From: Methanolobus sp.
GTDB lineage: Archaea > Halobacteriota > Methanosarcinia > Methanosarcinales > Methanosarcinaceae
Length of the DNA: 64,000 nt
Assembly (NCBI RefSeq): GCF_016278365.1
Contig: NZ_JADQBZ010000011.1
Span: 78,469 to 142,468, forward strand
Direction of reading: 5' to 3'
This document shows positions 19,377 to 30,136 of the stretch, piece after piece. A model generated the notes under the pieces. The model did not search any database. It had not been told where the DNA came from and saw only the letters and a list, made by a program, of their open reading frames with translations. A program made the translations under genes and the position numbers. The stretch's first letter is position 1, and each line of letters begins with the position of its first letter.

Positions 19377-22049
19377 TTACTGTAGAGATTTGCCTTCGTC
19401 CTCAAGGACTGCCTGTGCGGCAGCAAGTCTGGCGATAGGCACACGGAATGGTGAGCAGCTCACGTAATCAAGCCCGGCCCTGTAGCCGAACTTTACGGAG
19501 CTTGGTTCTCCCCCATGTTCACCACATATACCGATCTTGAGATCAGGTCTTGTAGAGCGGCCTTTTTCAATACCGATCTTTACAAGTTCACCAACACCTT
19601 CCTGATCAAGCACTGCAAAGGGATCGTTTCCAAGGATACTATCGGCAACATAGCAGGGAAGGAACTTGCCCGCATCATCCCTGCTGAAACCAAAGGTTGT
19701 CTGAGTCAGGTCATTGGTACCGAAGGAAAAGAACTCAGCCTCGCGGGCGATCTGGTCTGCCGTCAGGGCCGCTCTTGGAAGCTCTATCATTGTACCTATC
19801 AGGTAATCCATCTTCACCTTTTTCTCAGCCAGCACAGATTCAATAACATTGATAACATGCTTTTTCACTGCTTTGAGCTCGTTCACATGACATATGAGAG
19901 GGATCATGATCTCAGGCACGACATCAATGCCTTCGGCCTTAAGCTGACAGGCAGCCTCGACAATCGCCTGCACCTGCATGTCATAGATCTCCGGATAAGT
20001 TATGCCAAGGCGACATCCCCTGTGGCCGAGCATCGGATTGATCTCTGTCAGAGACTCAACGCGCTCCATTATGATCTTTAGACCTATAAGCTCATCTGCA
20101 TTACTTGCGAGCATCTCGGCTTCAAGGAGACGGAATTTTTCTGCCAGTTCTTCTTGCTTTGGCAGAAACTCATGAAGTGGAGGGTCAAGCAGGCGTATTG
20201 TCACAGGATATCCTTGCATGGCACGGAAGATACCGATGAAGTCTTCCCTCTGCATCGGCAGTAGCTTGTTAAGGGCTTCCTTCCTTGAGTACTCGTCCTC
20301 TGCCAGTATCATTTCCCTGACAACAGGTATCCTGTCGTCTCCAAAGAACATGTGCTCTGTCCTGCAAAGACCAATCCCCTCTGCACCGAAGTCCCTTGCT
20401 ACGGCCGCATCGTGAGGAGTGTCGGCATTTGTCCTGACGTTCATTTTTCTTACTTCATCAGCCCAGAAAAGCAGGGTTTTGAGTTCTTCACTGACACCTG
20501 GTGTGATGAGCGAGACCTTTCCGAGGATGACACACCCGGTTGCACCATCGATTGAGATGTATTCACCTTCCTTTATATGAAGGTCGTTAACTGTGAATAC
20601 TTTTTCATGGATATCAATGCTGATAGCTCCGCAACCTGCGACACAGGGCTTGCCCATTCCCCTGGCAACCACAGCGGCATGAGATGTCATTCCCCCCCTT
20701 ACTGTAAGTATGCCCTGAGCAGCATCCATGCCCCCTATGTCTTCAGGTGATGTCTCTGCTCTGACGAGAATCACTTTCTTGTTAAGTGCAGCCATCTCCT
20801 CGGCATGCTCGGCTGTGAAGACAACCTTCCCCACAGCTGCACCTGGAGAGGCAGGCAGACCTGTGGCAATAACCTCGTACTTTGCACTTGAGTCTATCGT
20901 CGGGTGCAGTAACTGGTCTATCTGCTCCGGCCTGACCCTCATAAGTGCTGTCTTCTTATCTATCAGGCCCTCAGTGACCATATCAACAGCAATATTAAGA
21001 GCAGCTGCTGCAGTACGTTTACCATTGCGGGTCTGCAACATGTAGAGCTTGCCTTCCTCAATAGTGAACTCGATGTCCTGCATATCCTTGAAATGGTTCT
21101 CAAGCTTCTGGCAGATGTCTACAAGCTGTGAATAAGCTCCGGGCATCTTCTGTGCAAGGGTGGTAATAGTCAGAGGAGTCCTGATACCCGCTACTACATC
21201 CTCACCCTGTGCATTCATAAGATACTCGCCAAAGAACTCCTTTTTACCTGTCCCGGGGTCCCTTGTGAAAGCGACACCGGTACCGGAGGTTTCACCCATA
21301 TTACCATAGACCATTGTCTGCACGTTGACGGCAGTACCCCAGTCCATTGGAATATTGTTGAGTTTCCTGTACCTGATAGCACGTTGGTTGTTCCATGAAT
21401 TGAAAACAGCCTCAATGGACATCTGGAGCTGTTTACGTGGATCCTGAGGGAATTCAGAGCCGGTTTTCTTCTTTATGATCTCCTTGAACGTTTTAGCCAG
21501 CTGTTTTAAGGCACCTGCATTGAGCTGTGTATCCTGCCTGACACCAAGCTCGTTTTTCTTTGCCTCTATAGCAGATTCAAAATATTCGTGCTTGATATCC
21601 AGTACCACATCTCCGAACATCATCAAAAACCTGCGATAACTGTCATAGGCAAATCTTTCATTACCGGTCTTTTTTGCCAGGCCTTCAACAGAAACGTCGT
21701 TCAGACCCAGATTCAGGACAGTATCCATCATGCCGGGCATCGAAACACGCGCACCCGACCTGACTGAAAGCAGCAGAGGGTCCTTCAGATCCCCGAATTT
21801 CTTGCCATTCACCTTTTCGAGTTTCTCGATCGCAGCGTCTATCTGATCAAGGATCCCATCAGGATATGACCCGTTTTCAAGATAGAGCACACAAACTTCA
21901 GTTGTGATGGTGAACCCGGGTGGGACCGGTATTCCCAGATTAGCCATTTCCGCGAGGTTGGCACCTTTGCCACCAAGCAGGTCTTTCATACTATTTTTAC
22001 CTTCAGTTTCTTCTTTCCCGAAAAAGTATACGAATTTTCTATCTGCCAC
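19377..22049 (-). CDS. ppdK: pyruvate, phosphate dikinase
   Basis: An 890-aa ORF with an ATP-grasp N-terminus (GGKGANLAEM), the phosphohistidine motif GGMTSHAAVVARG and a PEP-utilising C-terminal TIM domain. Confidence 0.95.
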   Translation of the reverse strand: MADRKFVYFFGKEETEGKNSMKDLLGGKGANLAEMANLGIPVPPGFTITTEVCVLYLENGSYPDGILDQIDAAIEKLEKVNGKKFGDLKDPLLLSVRSGARVSMPGMMDTVLNLGLNDVSVEGLAKKTGNERFAYDSYRRFLMMFGDVVLDIKHEYFESAIEAKKNELGVRQDTQLNAGALKQLAKTFKEIIKKKTGSEFPQDPRKQLQMSIEAVFNSWNNQRAIRYRKLNNIPMDWGTAVNVQTMVYGNMGETSGTGVAFTRDPGTGKKEFFGEYLMNAQGEDVVAGIRTPLTITTLAQKMPGAYSQLVDICQKLENHFKDMQDIEFTIEEGKLYMLQTRNGKRTAAAALNIAVDMVTEGLIDKKTALMRVRPEQIDQLLHPTIDSSAKYEVIATGLPASPGAAVGKVVFTAEHAEEMAALNKKVILVRAETSPEDIGGMDAAQGILTVRGGMTSHAAVVARGMGKPCVAGCGAISIDIHEKVFTVNDLHIKEGEYISIDGATGCVILGKVSLITPGVSEELKTLLFWADEVRKMNVRTNADTPHDAAVARDFGAEGIGLCRTEHMFFGDDRIPVVREMILAEDEYSRKEALNKLLPMQREDFIGIFRAMQGYPVTIRLLDPPLHEFLPKQEELAEKFRLLEAEMLASNADELIGLKIIMERVESLTEINPMLGHRGCRLGITYPEIYDMQVQAIVEAACQLKAEGIDVVPEIMIPLICHVNELKAVKKHVINVIESVLAEKKVKMDYLIGTMIELPRAALTADQIAREAEFFSFGTNDLTQTTFGFSRDDAGKFLPCYVADSILGNDPFAVLDQEGVGELVKIGIEKGRSTRPDLKIGICGEHGGEPSSVKFGYRAGLDYVSCSPFRVPIARLAAAQAVLEDEGKSLQ

Positions 22050-22349
22050 CGGATTTCCTCCACGCCTAAAATAGATGATGGATAGTTAATTATAAAGTCA
22101 TTATAGAGATGTTATGAATCACAATAAAGTCGTGCCAAAATAGTCCTGTTATAACTTTAAGGTTGTGGTCTGCGAAGAGATAGCACGGTCACTACTTAGC
22201 GTTAGGTATAAAAACACATGCAATTTATTCCCAGAATCAACGATATCTTTTTGTATGGAAAAATGACGGTATTAATACCTCTGCATAAACTATATATAAC
22301 ATAAGCGCGAGATTAGCTACAAATAAAAAAAGTAGAACCTGCACAAAAT

Positions 22350-22610
22350 ATGAAACGACTTGGTAAAGTATTGCATCTTTCGAAACAGGATGATCTGATC
22401 ATCAGAGGGGAGACGAAGAAGTTTTCCGGATCTATGAAGGAAATGCCTAGAATACATTCTTTTGTTCTTGATAAGTCGATTAAGAGAATAGGGAAGGTTA
22501 CCGGTGTTTTCGGACCTGTTGACTGGCCCTATTACATTGTGAAACCGAACAAGGGAATTGCTGGTTCTGAACTTCAAAAAATGATAAATGAACGAGTATA
22601 CGTTCAGTGA
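22350..22610 (+). CDS. gar1: H/ACA RNP component Gar1
   Basis: An 86-aa ORF containing MKRLGKVLHLSKQDDLIIRG...IGKVTGVFGPVDWPYYIVKP, typical of archaeal Gar1. It occupies the conserved position upstream of tfb. Confidence 0.85.
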   Translation: MKRLGKVLHLSKQDDLIIRGETKKFSGSMKEMPRIHSFVLDKSIKRIGKVTGVFGPVDWPYYIVKPNKGIAGSELQKMINERVYVQ

Positions 22611-22705
22611 ATACATGAGCCTTTTAGATTGTTGTTGTGAGCTGTGGTTGACTGAGAGAGACTGAAGGAATATATTTTCTGTTTATAGAGATAAGGTGAT
22701 TGAAA

Positions 22706-23719
22706 ATGGTCGAAGTTGAAAGGGTACGGTATTCCGATACTTCCGAAAGGGAGAAGATACGTGCAATGATCAAGGCACGCAAGGAAAAAGAGAAAGACAT
22801 GGACGTTGAGAAAGCCAAGGTCCAGTGTCCTGAGTGCGGTAGCCGAAGCCTTGTACAGGACTATGAGAGAGCAGAACTTGTCTGTTCGGACTGCGGACTT
22901 GTGGTAGACGCTGAATTCGTAGATGAAGGCCCCGAATGGCGTGCATTTGACCACGACCAGAGAATGAAACGTTCCCGTGTAGGTGCGCCGATGACCTACA
23001 CTATACATGACAAAGGTCTCTCCACGATGATTGACTGGAGAAACCGCGATTCATACGGGAAATCTATTTCCTCCAAGAACAGGGCGCAACTGTACAGGCT
23101 GAGAAAATGGCAACGTAGGATACGCGTTAGTAACGCTACCGAAAGGAACCTGGCTTTTGCACTGTCAGAACTTGACCGTATGGCATCAGCCCTCGGTCTG
23201 CCAAGGACAGTGCGTGAGACCGCGGCAGTGGTCTACAGGAAAGCCGTTGACAAGAACCTCATCCGCGGAAGGAGCATTGAAGGTGTTGCCGCAGCAGCAT
23301 TGTATGCAGCATGCCGCCAGTGCAGTGTCCCAAGGACGCTTGACGAGATAGGTGAAGTATCAAGGGTAAGCAGGAAAGAGATAGGCAGGACATACCGCTT
23401 CATCTCAAGGGAACTGTCCCTCAAGCTCATGCCTACATCACCAATAGATTATGTCCCAAGGTTCTGTTCAGGACTTAACCTGAAAGGTGAAGTGCAGTCC
23501 AGAGGTGTTGAGATCCTGAGACAGGCTTCCGAGAAAGAGCTTACCAGCGGCCGTGGCCCGACAGGTGTAGCTGCAGCAGCCATCTACATCGCATCCATCC
23601 TGTGCGGTGAGCGCAGGACACAGCGCGAGGTCGCTGATGTTGCAGGTGTGACCGAGGTCACTATCCGTAACAGGTACAAGGAACTCGCAGAAGAGCTCGA
23701 TATCGAGATCATTCTCTGA
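22706..23719 (+). CDS. tfb: transcription initiation factor IIB (TFB)
   Basis: It has the zinc ribbon CPECGS...CSDCG, a B-reader and two cyclin repeats. The ATG at 22706 follows an AAGGTGA element. Confidence 0.95.
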   Translation: MVEVERVRYSDTSEREKIRAMIKARKEKEKDMDVEKAKVQCPECGSRSLVQDYERAELVCSDCGLVVDAEFVDEGPEWRAFDHDQRMKRSRVGAPMTYTIHDKGLSTMIDWRNRDSYGKSISSKNRAQLYRLRKWQRRIRVSNATERNLAFALSELDRMASALGLPRTVRETAAVVYRKAVDKNLIRGRSIEGVAAAALYAACRQCSVPRTLDEIGEVSRVSRKEIGRTYRFISRELSLKLMPTSPIDYVPRFCSGLNLKGEVQSRGVEILRQASEKELTSGRGPTGVAAAAIYIASILCGERRTQREVADVAGVTEVTIRNRYKELAEELDIEIIL

Positions 23720-23836
23720 GTACGCAATAGATATAGAAACATAATCAAACAAAGGAAGAATCTTCAGCTACTTCCTTTGTAAATATCCTTTTTGGCAAAT
23801 CTGTTTTAACACTTGAACTGGTAGTGAGTGTAAACT

Positions 23837-24448
23837 ATGATCGGACTACTGGAAATGCTGACCATGGGATTCGCTGTGGGGATGACAGGTGCACTTGTGC
23901 CCGGACCAATGCTTTTTGCCACAATAGACACCTCCCTGAAAAGGGGATGGCAGGCAGGTCCGGAAATATTCATCGGCCACGCAGCCTTAGAATTCATAGT
24001 TTGCATGCTGATAATATACGGCATCACAGCAGTAAGTGACAACACTGTTATGGCAATATCCATCATAGGAGGAGTCACGCTGGTTATCTTCGGCATCCTC
24101 ACGATCAGGAATGCAAATGGTGCGGCAGGCTCAATGCATGAGCACAGGACCAATTGTTCGAACCCAGTATTGGCAGGAATACTAGCTTCTGCCTCGAATC
24201 CATATTTCTGGCTGTGGTGGCTTGCCGCAGGAAGCGCCCTTGTGCTGAAAGGGCTTGAGATTAGTATGCTTGCAGCAGCACTGTTCGTTATAGGACACTG
24301 GATTGCAGACCTTAGTTATTTCACAGTTGTTTCCACATCATTCAGCCGGGGAAAGAAGCTTATGTCCCCAAAACTTTATGAAAGGGTATTGATGTCATGT
24401 GGTCTGTTCCTTGTCCTGTTCGGGTCATGGTTTATCGTAGGTACATGA
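23837..24448 (+). CDS. LysE-family amino-acid exporter
   Basis: A 203-aa ORF with about 6 TM helices and the N-terminal motif G(M)TGALVPGPMLF typical of LysE/RhtB. Confidence 0.7.
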   Translation: MIGLLEMLTMGFAVGMTGALVPGPMLFATIDTSLKRGWQAGPEIFIGHAALEFIVCMLIIYGITAVSDNTVMAISIIGGVTLVIFGILTIRNANGAAGSMHEHRTNCSNPVLAGILASASNPYFWLWWLAAGSALVLKGLEISMLAAALFVIGHWIADLSYFTVVSTSFSRGKKLMSPKLYERVLMSCGLFLVLFGSWFIVGT

Positions 24449-25452
24449 ATATGAGAAAAAGTTGCATCCGGATTTTGAAGAAGAATGGCGAGCCTATACG
24501 AAGGGCACTTCTTGATATGGATCTGCTGGACAATGCTTCCAGGATCTGCTCGGAAGGTGACTTCCTTTACCTGCCCCTCACAGCAGAACCGCAGGATACA
24601 GAACTTAAGCTGCTGCCGGGAGATTTTGAGCTCACAGAGCAGGATTTTGAAGAGCATAAGGGACAACTGAAGCTTGAAGATCTTATGGAGGAAGTGCCGC
24701 ATTTTGAAGTTATAGGAGATATCGCGCTAATCGAAGATGACGTGGCGCAGCCCGAAATGGTCGCTGAGGCCATCATGAAAGTCAAGGGCAATGTTAAAAC
24801 GGTGCTTGCCGCCCTGGGACCTGTAGAGGGCGAGTTCAGAACCCGCAGGTTCAGGAGAATCGCAGGCGAGGAGAAGACCTCCACCATCCATAAGGAGTAC
24901 GGCTGCAGATACTACATCGACCTTGAAAAAGCATACTTTACTCCCCGCCTTGCAACGGAGCGCTCGCGTATCCTGGCACAAGTCAGAGAAGGACAGACCG
25001 TCGTGGACATGTTCGCAGGTGTCGGCCCCTATAGCATAATGATAGCAAAAAAGAGTAATTGCATACGCGTAATCGCTATCGATAAGAATCCAGATGCTGT
25101 TGGATTCCTGCGGCGTAATATAGAACTCAATTCCGCGACTAACGTTGAGGCAATTGAAGGCGACGCAAACTTGTTAGCAGAGAGATTCCCGGGCCTTGCG
25201 GATCATGTCATAATGAATCTCCCCCACAACGCCCACGAGTTCCTTGATGCTGCAATCAGGCTGTGCGCATCTGGTGCTGTCATTCATTACTACGACATCA
25301 CCTCCGAGAATGATCTATTCGGAAGTTCCCTGAAACTTATAGAAGGGGCTGCATGCAAAGCAAACCGGGAAACCGAAGTTATTAATACAAGGGTCGTCCG
25401 TTCCTATGCCCCGCACCAGTTCAACGTATGTATAGAAGTGAAAGTAATATAA
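24445..25452 (+). CDS. trm5: Trm5-family tRNA (guanine37-N1)-methyltransferase (Trm5/Taw22-like)
   Basis: It has the class I SAM motif VVDMFAGVGPYSI and the catalytic NLPH motif (VIMNLPHNAHEF). Its ATG overlaps the LysE stop (ATGA). Confidence 0.75.
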   Translation: MNMRKSCIRILKKNGEPIRRALLDMDLLDNASRICSEGDFLYLPLTAEPQDTELKLLPGDFELTEQDFEEHKGQLKLEDLMEEVPHFEVIGDIALIEDDVAQPEMVAEAIMKVKGNVKTVLAALGPVEGEFRTRRFRRIAGEEKTSTIHKEYGCRYYIDLEKAYFTPRLATERSRILAQVREGQTVVDMFAGVGPYSIMIAKKSNCIRVIAIDKNPDAVGFLRRNIELNSATNVEAIEGDANLLAERFPGLADHVIMNLPHNAHEFLDAAIRLCASGAVIHYYDITSENDLFGSSLKLIEGAACKANRETEVINTRVVRSYAPHQFNVCIEVKVI

Positions 25453-25517
25453 TAGAACATGACCATATAAGCGAAATCATTAAATCACTACATACGATTA
25501 TAAGGTCATCCACATCT

Positions 25518-25589
25518 GCCTCTGTGGCTTAGCGGTATAGCGGCTGATTCGTAATCAGCAGGTCGGGGGTTCAAATCCCCCCGGAGGCT
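25518..25589 (+). tRNA. tRNA-Thr (anticodon CGT)
   Basis: I folded it by hand. The acceptor is GCCTCTG/CGGAGGC, the anticodon arm GCTGA-TTCGTAA-TCAGC and the T arm GGGGG-TTCAAAT-CCCCC. No CCA is encoded. Confidence 0.9.
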
Positions 25590-25822
25590 TTTAAACCATG
25601 ATTCTAAACCTGCAGGCCGGATATTATTTAACCTTGTGATGATCGAAGGAAAAAAGAATCTTGAAAGGCATAGAACTCACAGAATCAAATAGATATATTT
25701 TTATATGAATTAATATAATTATAAGCTAGGCCGGGTTCATATCGTACCACCAACTTCAACCAACCAACAACCACCAACTTTTCATCCGGCCACTCTTTTC
25801 TCATGTTCCCACCAGACCGGAA

Positions 25823-26770
25823 TCACTTAACCTGCATCAGAGTCAAAATTCCATGACAATTGCAGGTGGTTGCGATAAAAAAGGAGCTCTCTTTGATTCC
25901 TCCATGCTCCTGTGGGCTTTGCCTGATGGCGCGAACATGCCTCATGATAGAAACCAGATTGCGCCTTAGATCACTACCCCTGATGCCGCCTATGCCTGGC
26001 TTCATCTGATAACTTTCAAAAACCTGACCAGGATAACTCGAAGTCAGATCACGGACATAGCTTGTAATGGTACGGGGTTTCTTTCTGGCAAAAGTGCGGC
26101 AATAACTTTCCTGGCCGGGGCAGTTGTCAGGACATATTTCTCCTGGCTGCGCGTATGAGAAAAATATGGCGCCATGTTCAGGATAGTTTCCTGCAACAAT
26201 GTCTTTTGGAAAAGTAGTGACAATATTCTCAAAATAGGTTCTCTTTTCAATTTCCCCATCATTCCCGCTTATAGAAAGCTTGCTCACAAGTCTACCCTGC
26301 CCGAAGTCCATGGCACAGGCCACTATATCCGCAGCAGCATGTGAAGGCACGGCAGGTATCACAAATTCAGGCAGCCCGTGGGTCAGGAGAGAAAAGACAT
26401 CATTCACATCCATCCGGTGAAAATAAAAACGTGGCTCAGCAAATCCTCCCATCACCCCTGCTTTTCCCGCATCATTTTCTTCATTTTGAGAAGACTTTTT
26501 TAGTTTATCGTTTCCCTGAGTGATAGCCATGGATTTGATAATACCAACAATATGCCCCATGTCACTCACAACATCTGAATTCAATGAAGCTGGTGCATTG
26601 GCATCAGCATCGATCACAAGAACAAATGGGAAACGCGCTTTCTTTAAATACCTGAGAAAAGAGTCCCCTATCTTCCCGCCACCCAGGACCAGGTAGTATC
26701 CCCTGACAACAGGCAAAGACCCTACGAGGCGTATCCGTGAACTAATCAGTTCTACCAGAGCAGGACACAT
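25823..26770 (-). CDS. hypothetical protein with N-terminal Rossmann-like GGGKIG motif and Cys-rich C-terminal half
   Basis: A 315-aa ORF. It contains LVLGGGKIGDSFL followed by VIDAD (a dinucleotide-binding-like pattern), then IPAVPSHAAA. The C-terminal cysteines are CPDNCPG...C...CNCH. I do not recognise the family. Confidence 0.55.
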   Translation of the reverse strand: MCPALVELISSRIRLVGSLPVVRGYYLVLGGGKIGDSFLRYLKKARFPFVLVIDADANAPASLNSDVVSDMGHIVGIIKSMAITQGNDKLKKSSQNEENDAGKAGVMGGFAEPRFYFHRMDVNDVFSLLTHGLPEFVIPAVPSHAAADIVACAMDFGQGRLVSKLSISGNDGEIEKRTYFENIVTTFPKDIVAGNYPEHGAIFFSYAQPGEICPDNCPGQESYCRTFARKKPRTITSYVRDLTSSYPGQVFESYQMKPGIGGIRGSDLRRNLVSIMRHVRAIRQSPQEHGGIKESSFFIATTCNCHGILTLMQVK

Positions 26771-26802
26771 TACATAAAGTATGGACCAGGCTTTTAAAGA
26801 AG

Positions 26803-27600
26803 TTACCCTTTACATTGAAGCTTAAGGACAGAGTCCATGTACTTACTCAAATGAGCGCGAATAGCTGCCACATTATTATCATGCGGAAGCCTTTCCACTA
26901 TCATATCGATGTAGCCCCGCTCTTTGACAAGGCGCAAGGTCTCGGGAAAGTTGAGATCAAACACCCATGAGAGCCTCGTAAGCCGCATGTCGTTGCAGGT
27001 CCGTACATTTGCGGTGCTTGCTATCCGGCAATTGAAGATATCATCCAGCAGATGATGCGAGTATTCAGGGACATCAGGAAGGCCCATATCAAGTGCAGGG
27101 TTCGGAAAGGAATCCTTTTCAGCATAGTAATCGGTCAAAACCTTGAGAATATCCAGTTTATCCGCATCTCTCACAAGCTTTGAATGAAAAAGGCATTTAC
27201 TGTCGAGACCATCGGGAATTCTGTACATGTTATGATTCCCGATCGACCGATAGATGAGCTCCTGCTGCTCAGGAGACAAAACCGAGAGTATTCCCCCTGA
27301 ACGCAGGACCTTTACACCCAGCAGTGCATGGTCCTCAGATTCGGAATCCTTGAAAGTCCTGTATCTGGATACCTGCTCAAAGCGGCCGATATCATGGAAA
27401 AGTGCAATAGTCATGGCAAGGTAATGATCTTCACAGTCCAGCTTTTCAGAAGCCGAGATTAATGAGGCATTCTTGCATACTCTCAGACTATGCCCTTCCT
27501 TGAGCTTGATGTTGCGGAGGATGAAACTGTCTTTCGAGTAGAAAGAACGTGCGTATTCCAGAAACCTCTTTTCAAGATCAGGGAACTCATCTTCTATCAT
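26803..27600 (-). CDS. HD-domain phosphohydrolase-family protein
   Basis: It has the HD motif LFHDIGRFEQ and a downstream Asp (RDADKLD). The ATG at 27600 (MIEDEFPDLEK) is preferred over the longer ORF-track start. Confidence 0.7.
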   Translation of the reverse strand: MIEDEFPDLEKRFLEYARSFYSKDSFILRNIKLKEGHSLRVCKNASLISASEKLDCEDHYLAMTIALFHDIGRFEQVSRYRTFKDSESEDHALLGVKVLRSGGILSVLSPEQQELIYRSIGNHNMYRIPDGLDSKCLFHSKLVRDADKLDILKVLTDYYAEKDSFPNPALDMGLPDVPEYSHHLLDDIFNCRIASTANVRTCNDMRLTRLSWVFDLNFPETLRLVKERGYIDMIVERLPHDNNVAAIRAHLSKYMDSVLKLQCKG

Positions 27601-27812
27601 CTGGTAGTGATTAACGTCTCGATCAGTATTGGATTTTTCTATGAAAAGTGATTGCCAATTTAATTGCACAGTATGTTTAAATAAGAGCAATAACAAAATT
27701 TGATATGTGGATTGAGTGTGATGCCTTCCTTATAGGAGCATCCATTTGTGTGGTTCCAATGCAGCAGATTTAAAGTGTGTTTATCATGCTGCATTTGAAA
27801 GGAGGAAATAAC

Positions 27813-28736
27813 ATGGTTGAAACAGCGATAATGAATAGTGTATATGGCCTGATAAACGCGTTAATCGCTTTTATCCCGCTTTTGATAGCCGTAATACTGC
27901 TAATAATCATAGGCTGGATAGCAGGAAGAGCCCTTGGAAAGATAGGGTCGCAGATTCTTGATAAAATCGGGTTGGATGACCTTATAAACAGAACATCCCT
28001 CGGGAGAATGATAGAAAGAACAGAGTTTACTATTGTGCAATTATTTGACGCAGTTATAAGATGGTTCGTTTATCTGATCTTTGCAGTCATTATCATAGAC
28101 CTTTTGCAGATACAGGTTGTAGCAGCTTTTATAACAAGCATAATCCTATATATCCCGTTAATACTATCAGCGCTGGCAGTTTTGATAATAGGCTTGCTTC
28201 TTGTCGATTTCCTGGCAGGCCTTGTTAAAAATATCATTATTGCGACCGGCATTGATGAACGTCTGGAACGAACATCCATCGGAAGTGGGATGAGAACCAG
28301 CGGAATGACATTTTCAGGGTTGATAGCTGGCATTGTGAAGATCTTTGGTTATCTGGTTTTCATAATGGCTGCATTGGACATACTCAACCTGACGCTCATC
28401 GCAGGCATTGTTGCAGCCATGATAGCATACTTGCCAAGCCTGTTTGCAGGAGTCCTGATACTGGTCATTGGGCTTCTTGCGATAGACCTGTTCATGGATT
28501 ATATTGGCAGCTTTATGAAGAACATGAGTGTCGAAGGCAGTGAGATATGGATGCCCGCTCTTCGGGGTTTCCTTGCATTGGTAGTAATCCTGCTTGCCCT
28601 TGATGCAATGCTCATAGATACGAGCATATTTTATATTCTCCTCAACCCGCTTGCCTGGGGAGTTGCAATCGTGGTTGCATTCAAGTGGGGCATAAAGGAT
28701 GCCATTGTGGCTTATGCGAGAGAGAAAAAACAGTAG
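27813..28736 (+). CDS. multi-pass membrane protein (repeated conserved-TM-helix type, MscS-N-terminal-like)
   Basis: The ORF is about 307 aa and almost entirely hydrophobic helices with an internally repeated pattern. The ATG at 27813 follows an AAAGGAGGA element. Confidence 0.6.
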   Translation: MVETAIMNSVYGLINALIAFIPLLIAVILLIIIGWIAGRALGKIGSQILDKIGLDDLINRTSLGRMIERTEFTIVQLFDAVIRWFVYLIFAVIIIDLLQIQVVAAFITSIILYIPLILSALAVLIIGLLLVDFLAGLVKNIIIATGIDERLERTSIGSGMRTSGMTFSGLIAGIVKIFGYLVFIMAALDILNLTLIAGIVAAMIAYLPSLFAGVLILVIGLLAIDLFMDYIGSFMKNMSVEGSEIWMPALRGFLALVVILLALDAMLIDTSIFYILLNPLAWGVAIVVAFKWGIKDAIVAYAREKKQ

Positions 28737-28787
28737 AGCCAATTATAGATGAGGGAGTAAAAGTGTAACATCGATGAAAGACCTTGA

Positions 28788-28814
28788 CCCGGCTCATCGA
28801 AGCCGGGCTTTTTT
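28788..28814 (+). terminator. hairpin plus T6 tract after the membrane-protein gene
   Basis: The stem-loop CCCGGCT-CATCGA-AGCCGGG is followed by C-TTTTTT. Confidence 0.5.
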
Positions 28815-28910
28815 CTTAATCTTTAGCCAGTCCTGACAGAACCAGGATAGAAACTTTTTTATTAACATACTCTTTCCTGCTATTATAGAGAAGGCAGGGA
28901 CCCGATCATA

Positions 28911-30062
28911 ATGAATGTAAGTTTGTCTGAAAGAGCAGTAAATATGCCGCCATTCCATGTTATGGAAGTACTTGAAAGGGCACAGGAACTAGAGAGAGAA
29001 GGCAGAGACATAATCCATCTTGAAATTGGGGAGCCGGACTTTCCTACCGCTCCGCATATATGTGAAGCTGCTGCTTCAGCGATGTGTTCAGGGAACACGA
29101 AGTACACTCACAGTCAGGGCATCCCGCAACTCCGGGAAGCTATAACCGAGAATTACAGATATAAATTTGGAGTTGATATCAGCCCCGAGCAGGTGATAAT
29201 AACATCGGGAACAAGTCCTGCCATGCTTTTGCTGTTCATCGCATTAATTGATCCATACGACGAAGTGATAATGTCAAACCCGCATTATGCGTGCTATCCT
29301 AACTTTGTGAGGGCAGTTAGCGGAGTTCCGGACTTCATTTATACCGGCAGAGAAAGCGGTTTTATATTACAACCGGAACAGGTTGCTTCGAGGATAAACA
29401 AAAAAACAAAGGCAATACTTATCAACTCACCCTCCAATCCTACCGGCCATGTAATGCCACAGGAAACACTCAGGGGGCTGGCAGATGTTGCAGGGGATGT
29501 GCCCATAATATCCGATGAGATATACCAGGGACTGATATACGAAGGAGAGGACCACACCATTCTTGAGTTCACCGATAATGCCTTTGTGCTGAATGGATTC
29601 TCTAAACTGTATGCAATGACAGGATGGAGGTTAGGTTACCTGATCGCCCCTAAAGCACATATTCGCACCTTGCAAAAGGTACAGCAGAACTTATTCATAT
29701 CCACGAACGCCTTTGTGCAACATGCTGGTATCGCCGCTCTCCGGGGTCCGCAGGAGATGGTGAGGGAGATGATATCAACTTACGACGAGAGAAGGCGCTA
29801 TATGCTGAAGCGCCTGAGGGGAATGGGATTTGAGATTGAAGGCGAGCCAGGAGGAGCATACTATATACTTGCCGATGCCCGCCGATTCTCAGATGATTCA
29901 CTGGAGTTGAGCCGAAGAATACTTGAGGATACGGGAGTTGCAGTCACTCCGGGGATCGATTTCGGTGACGGTGCTGAAGGGTACCTGCGTTTTTCCTATG
30001 CCAACAGTCTAAATAAGATAAAAGATGGGATGGACAGACTTCAGACATACCTTGCAGATTAA
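28911..30062 (+). CDS. pyridoxal-phosphate-dependent aminotransferase, class I (aspartate aminotransferase-like)
   Basis: Class I signatures are present: HLEIGEPDFPT, INSPSNPTG and the SKLYAMTGWRLGY lysine motif. Confidence 0.85.
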   Translation: MNVSLSERAVNMPPFHVMEVLERAQELEREGRDIIHLEIGEPDFPTAPHICEAAASAMCSGNTKYTHSQGIPQLREAITENYRYKFGVDISPEQVIITSGTSPAMLLLFIALIDPYDEVIMSNPHYACYPNFVRAVSGVPDFIYTGRESGFILQPEQVASRINKKTKAILINSPSNPTGHVMPQETLRGLADVAGDVPIISDEIYQGLIYEGEDHTILEFTDNAFVLNGFSKLYAMTGWRLGYLIAPKAHIRTLQKVQQNLFISTNAFVQHAGIAALRGPQEMVREMISTYDERRRYMLKRLRGMGFEIEGEPGGAYYILADARRFSDDSLELSRRILEDTGVAVTPGIDFGDGAEGYLRFSYANSLNKIKDGMDRLQTYLAD

Positions 30063-30136
30063 AACCGATACATCTATATAAGATAACATCGCCCATCATT
30101 ACATACAATAGCTAATCCGAAAAACGGTAGGTTTTT

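Noticed and set aside
25636-25642. A C-box-like GTGATGA downstream of tRNA-Thr, considered as a possible C/D box sRNA
   Set aside because: I found no CTGA D or D' box, and no C' box at the expected 12-nt-guide spacing, within the following ~70 nt.
25746-25779. A CCAAC/CCACC-rich low-complexity tract next to tRNA-Thr, considered as a possible att site or microsatellite
   Set aside because: It is too short and irregular to be a tandem repeat. There is no duplicated tRNA 3' end and no integrase or mobile-element gene nearby.
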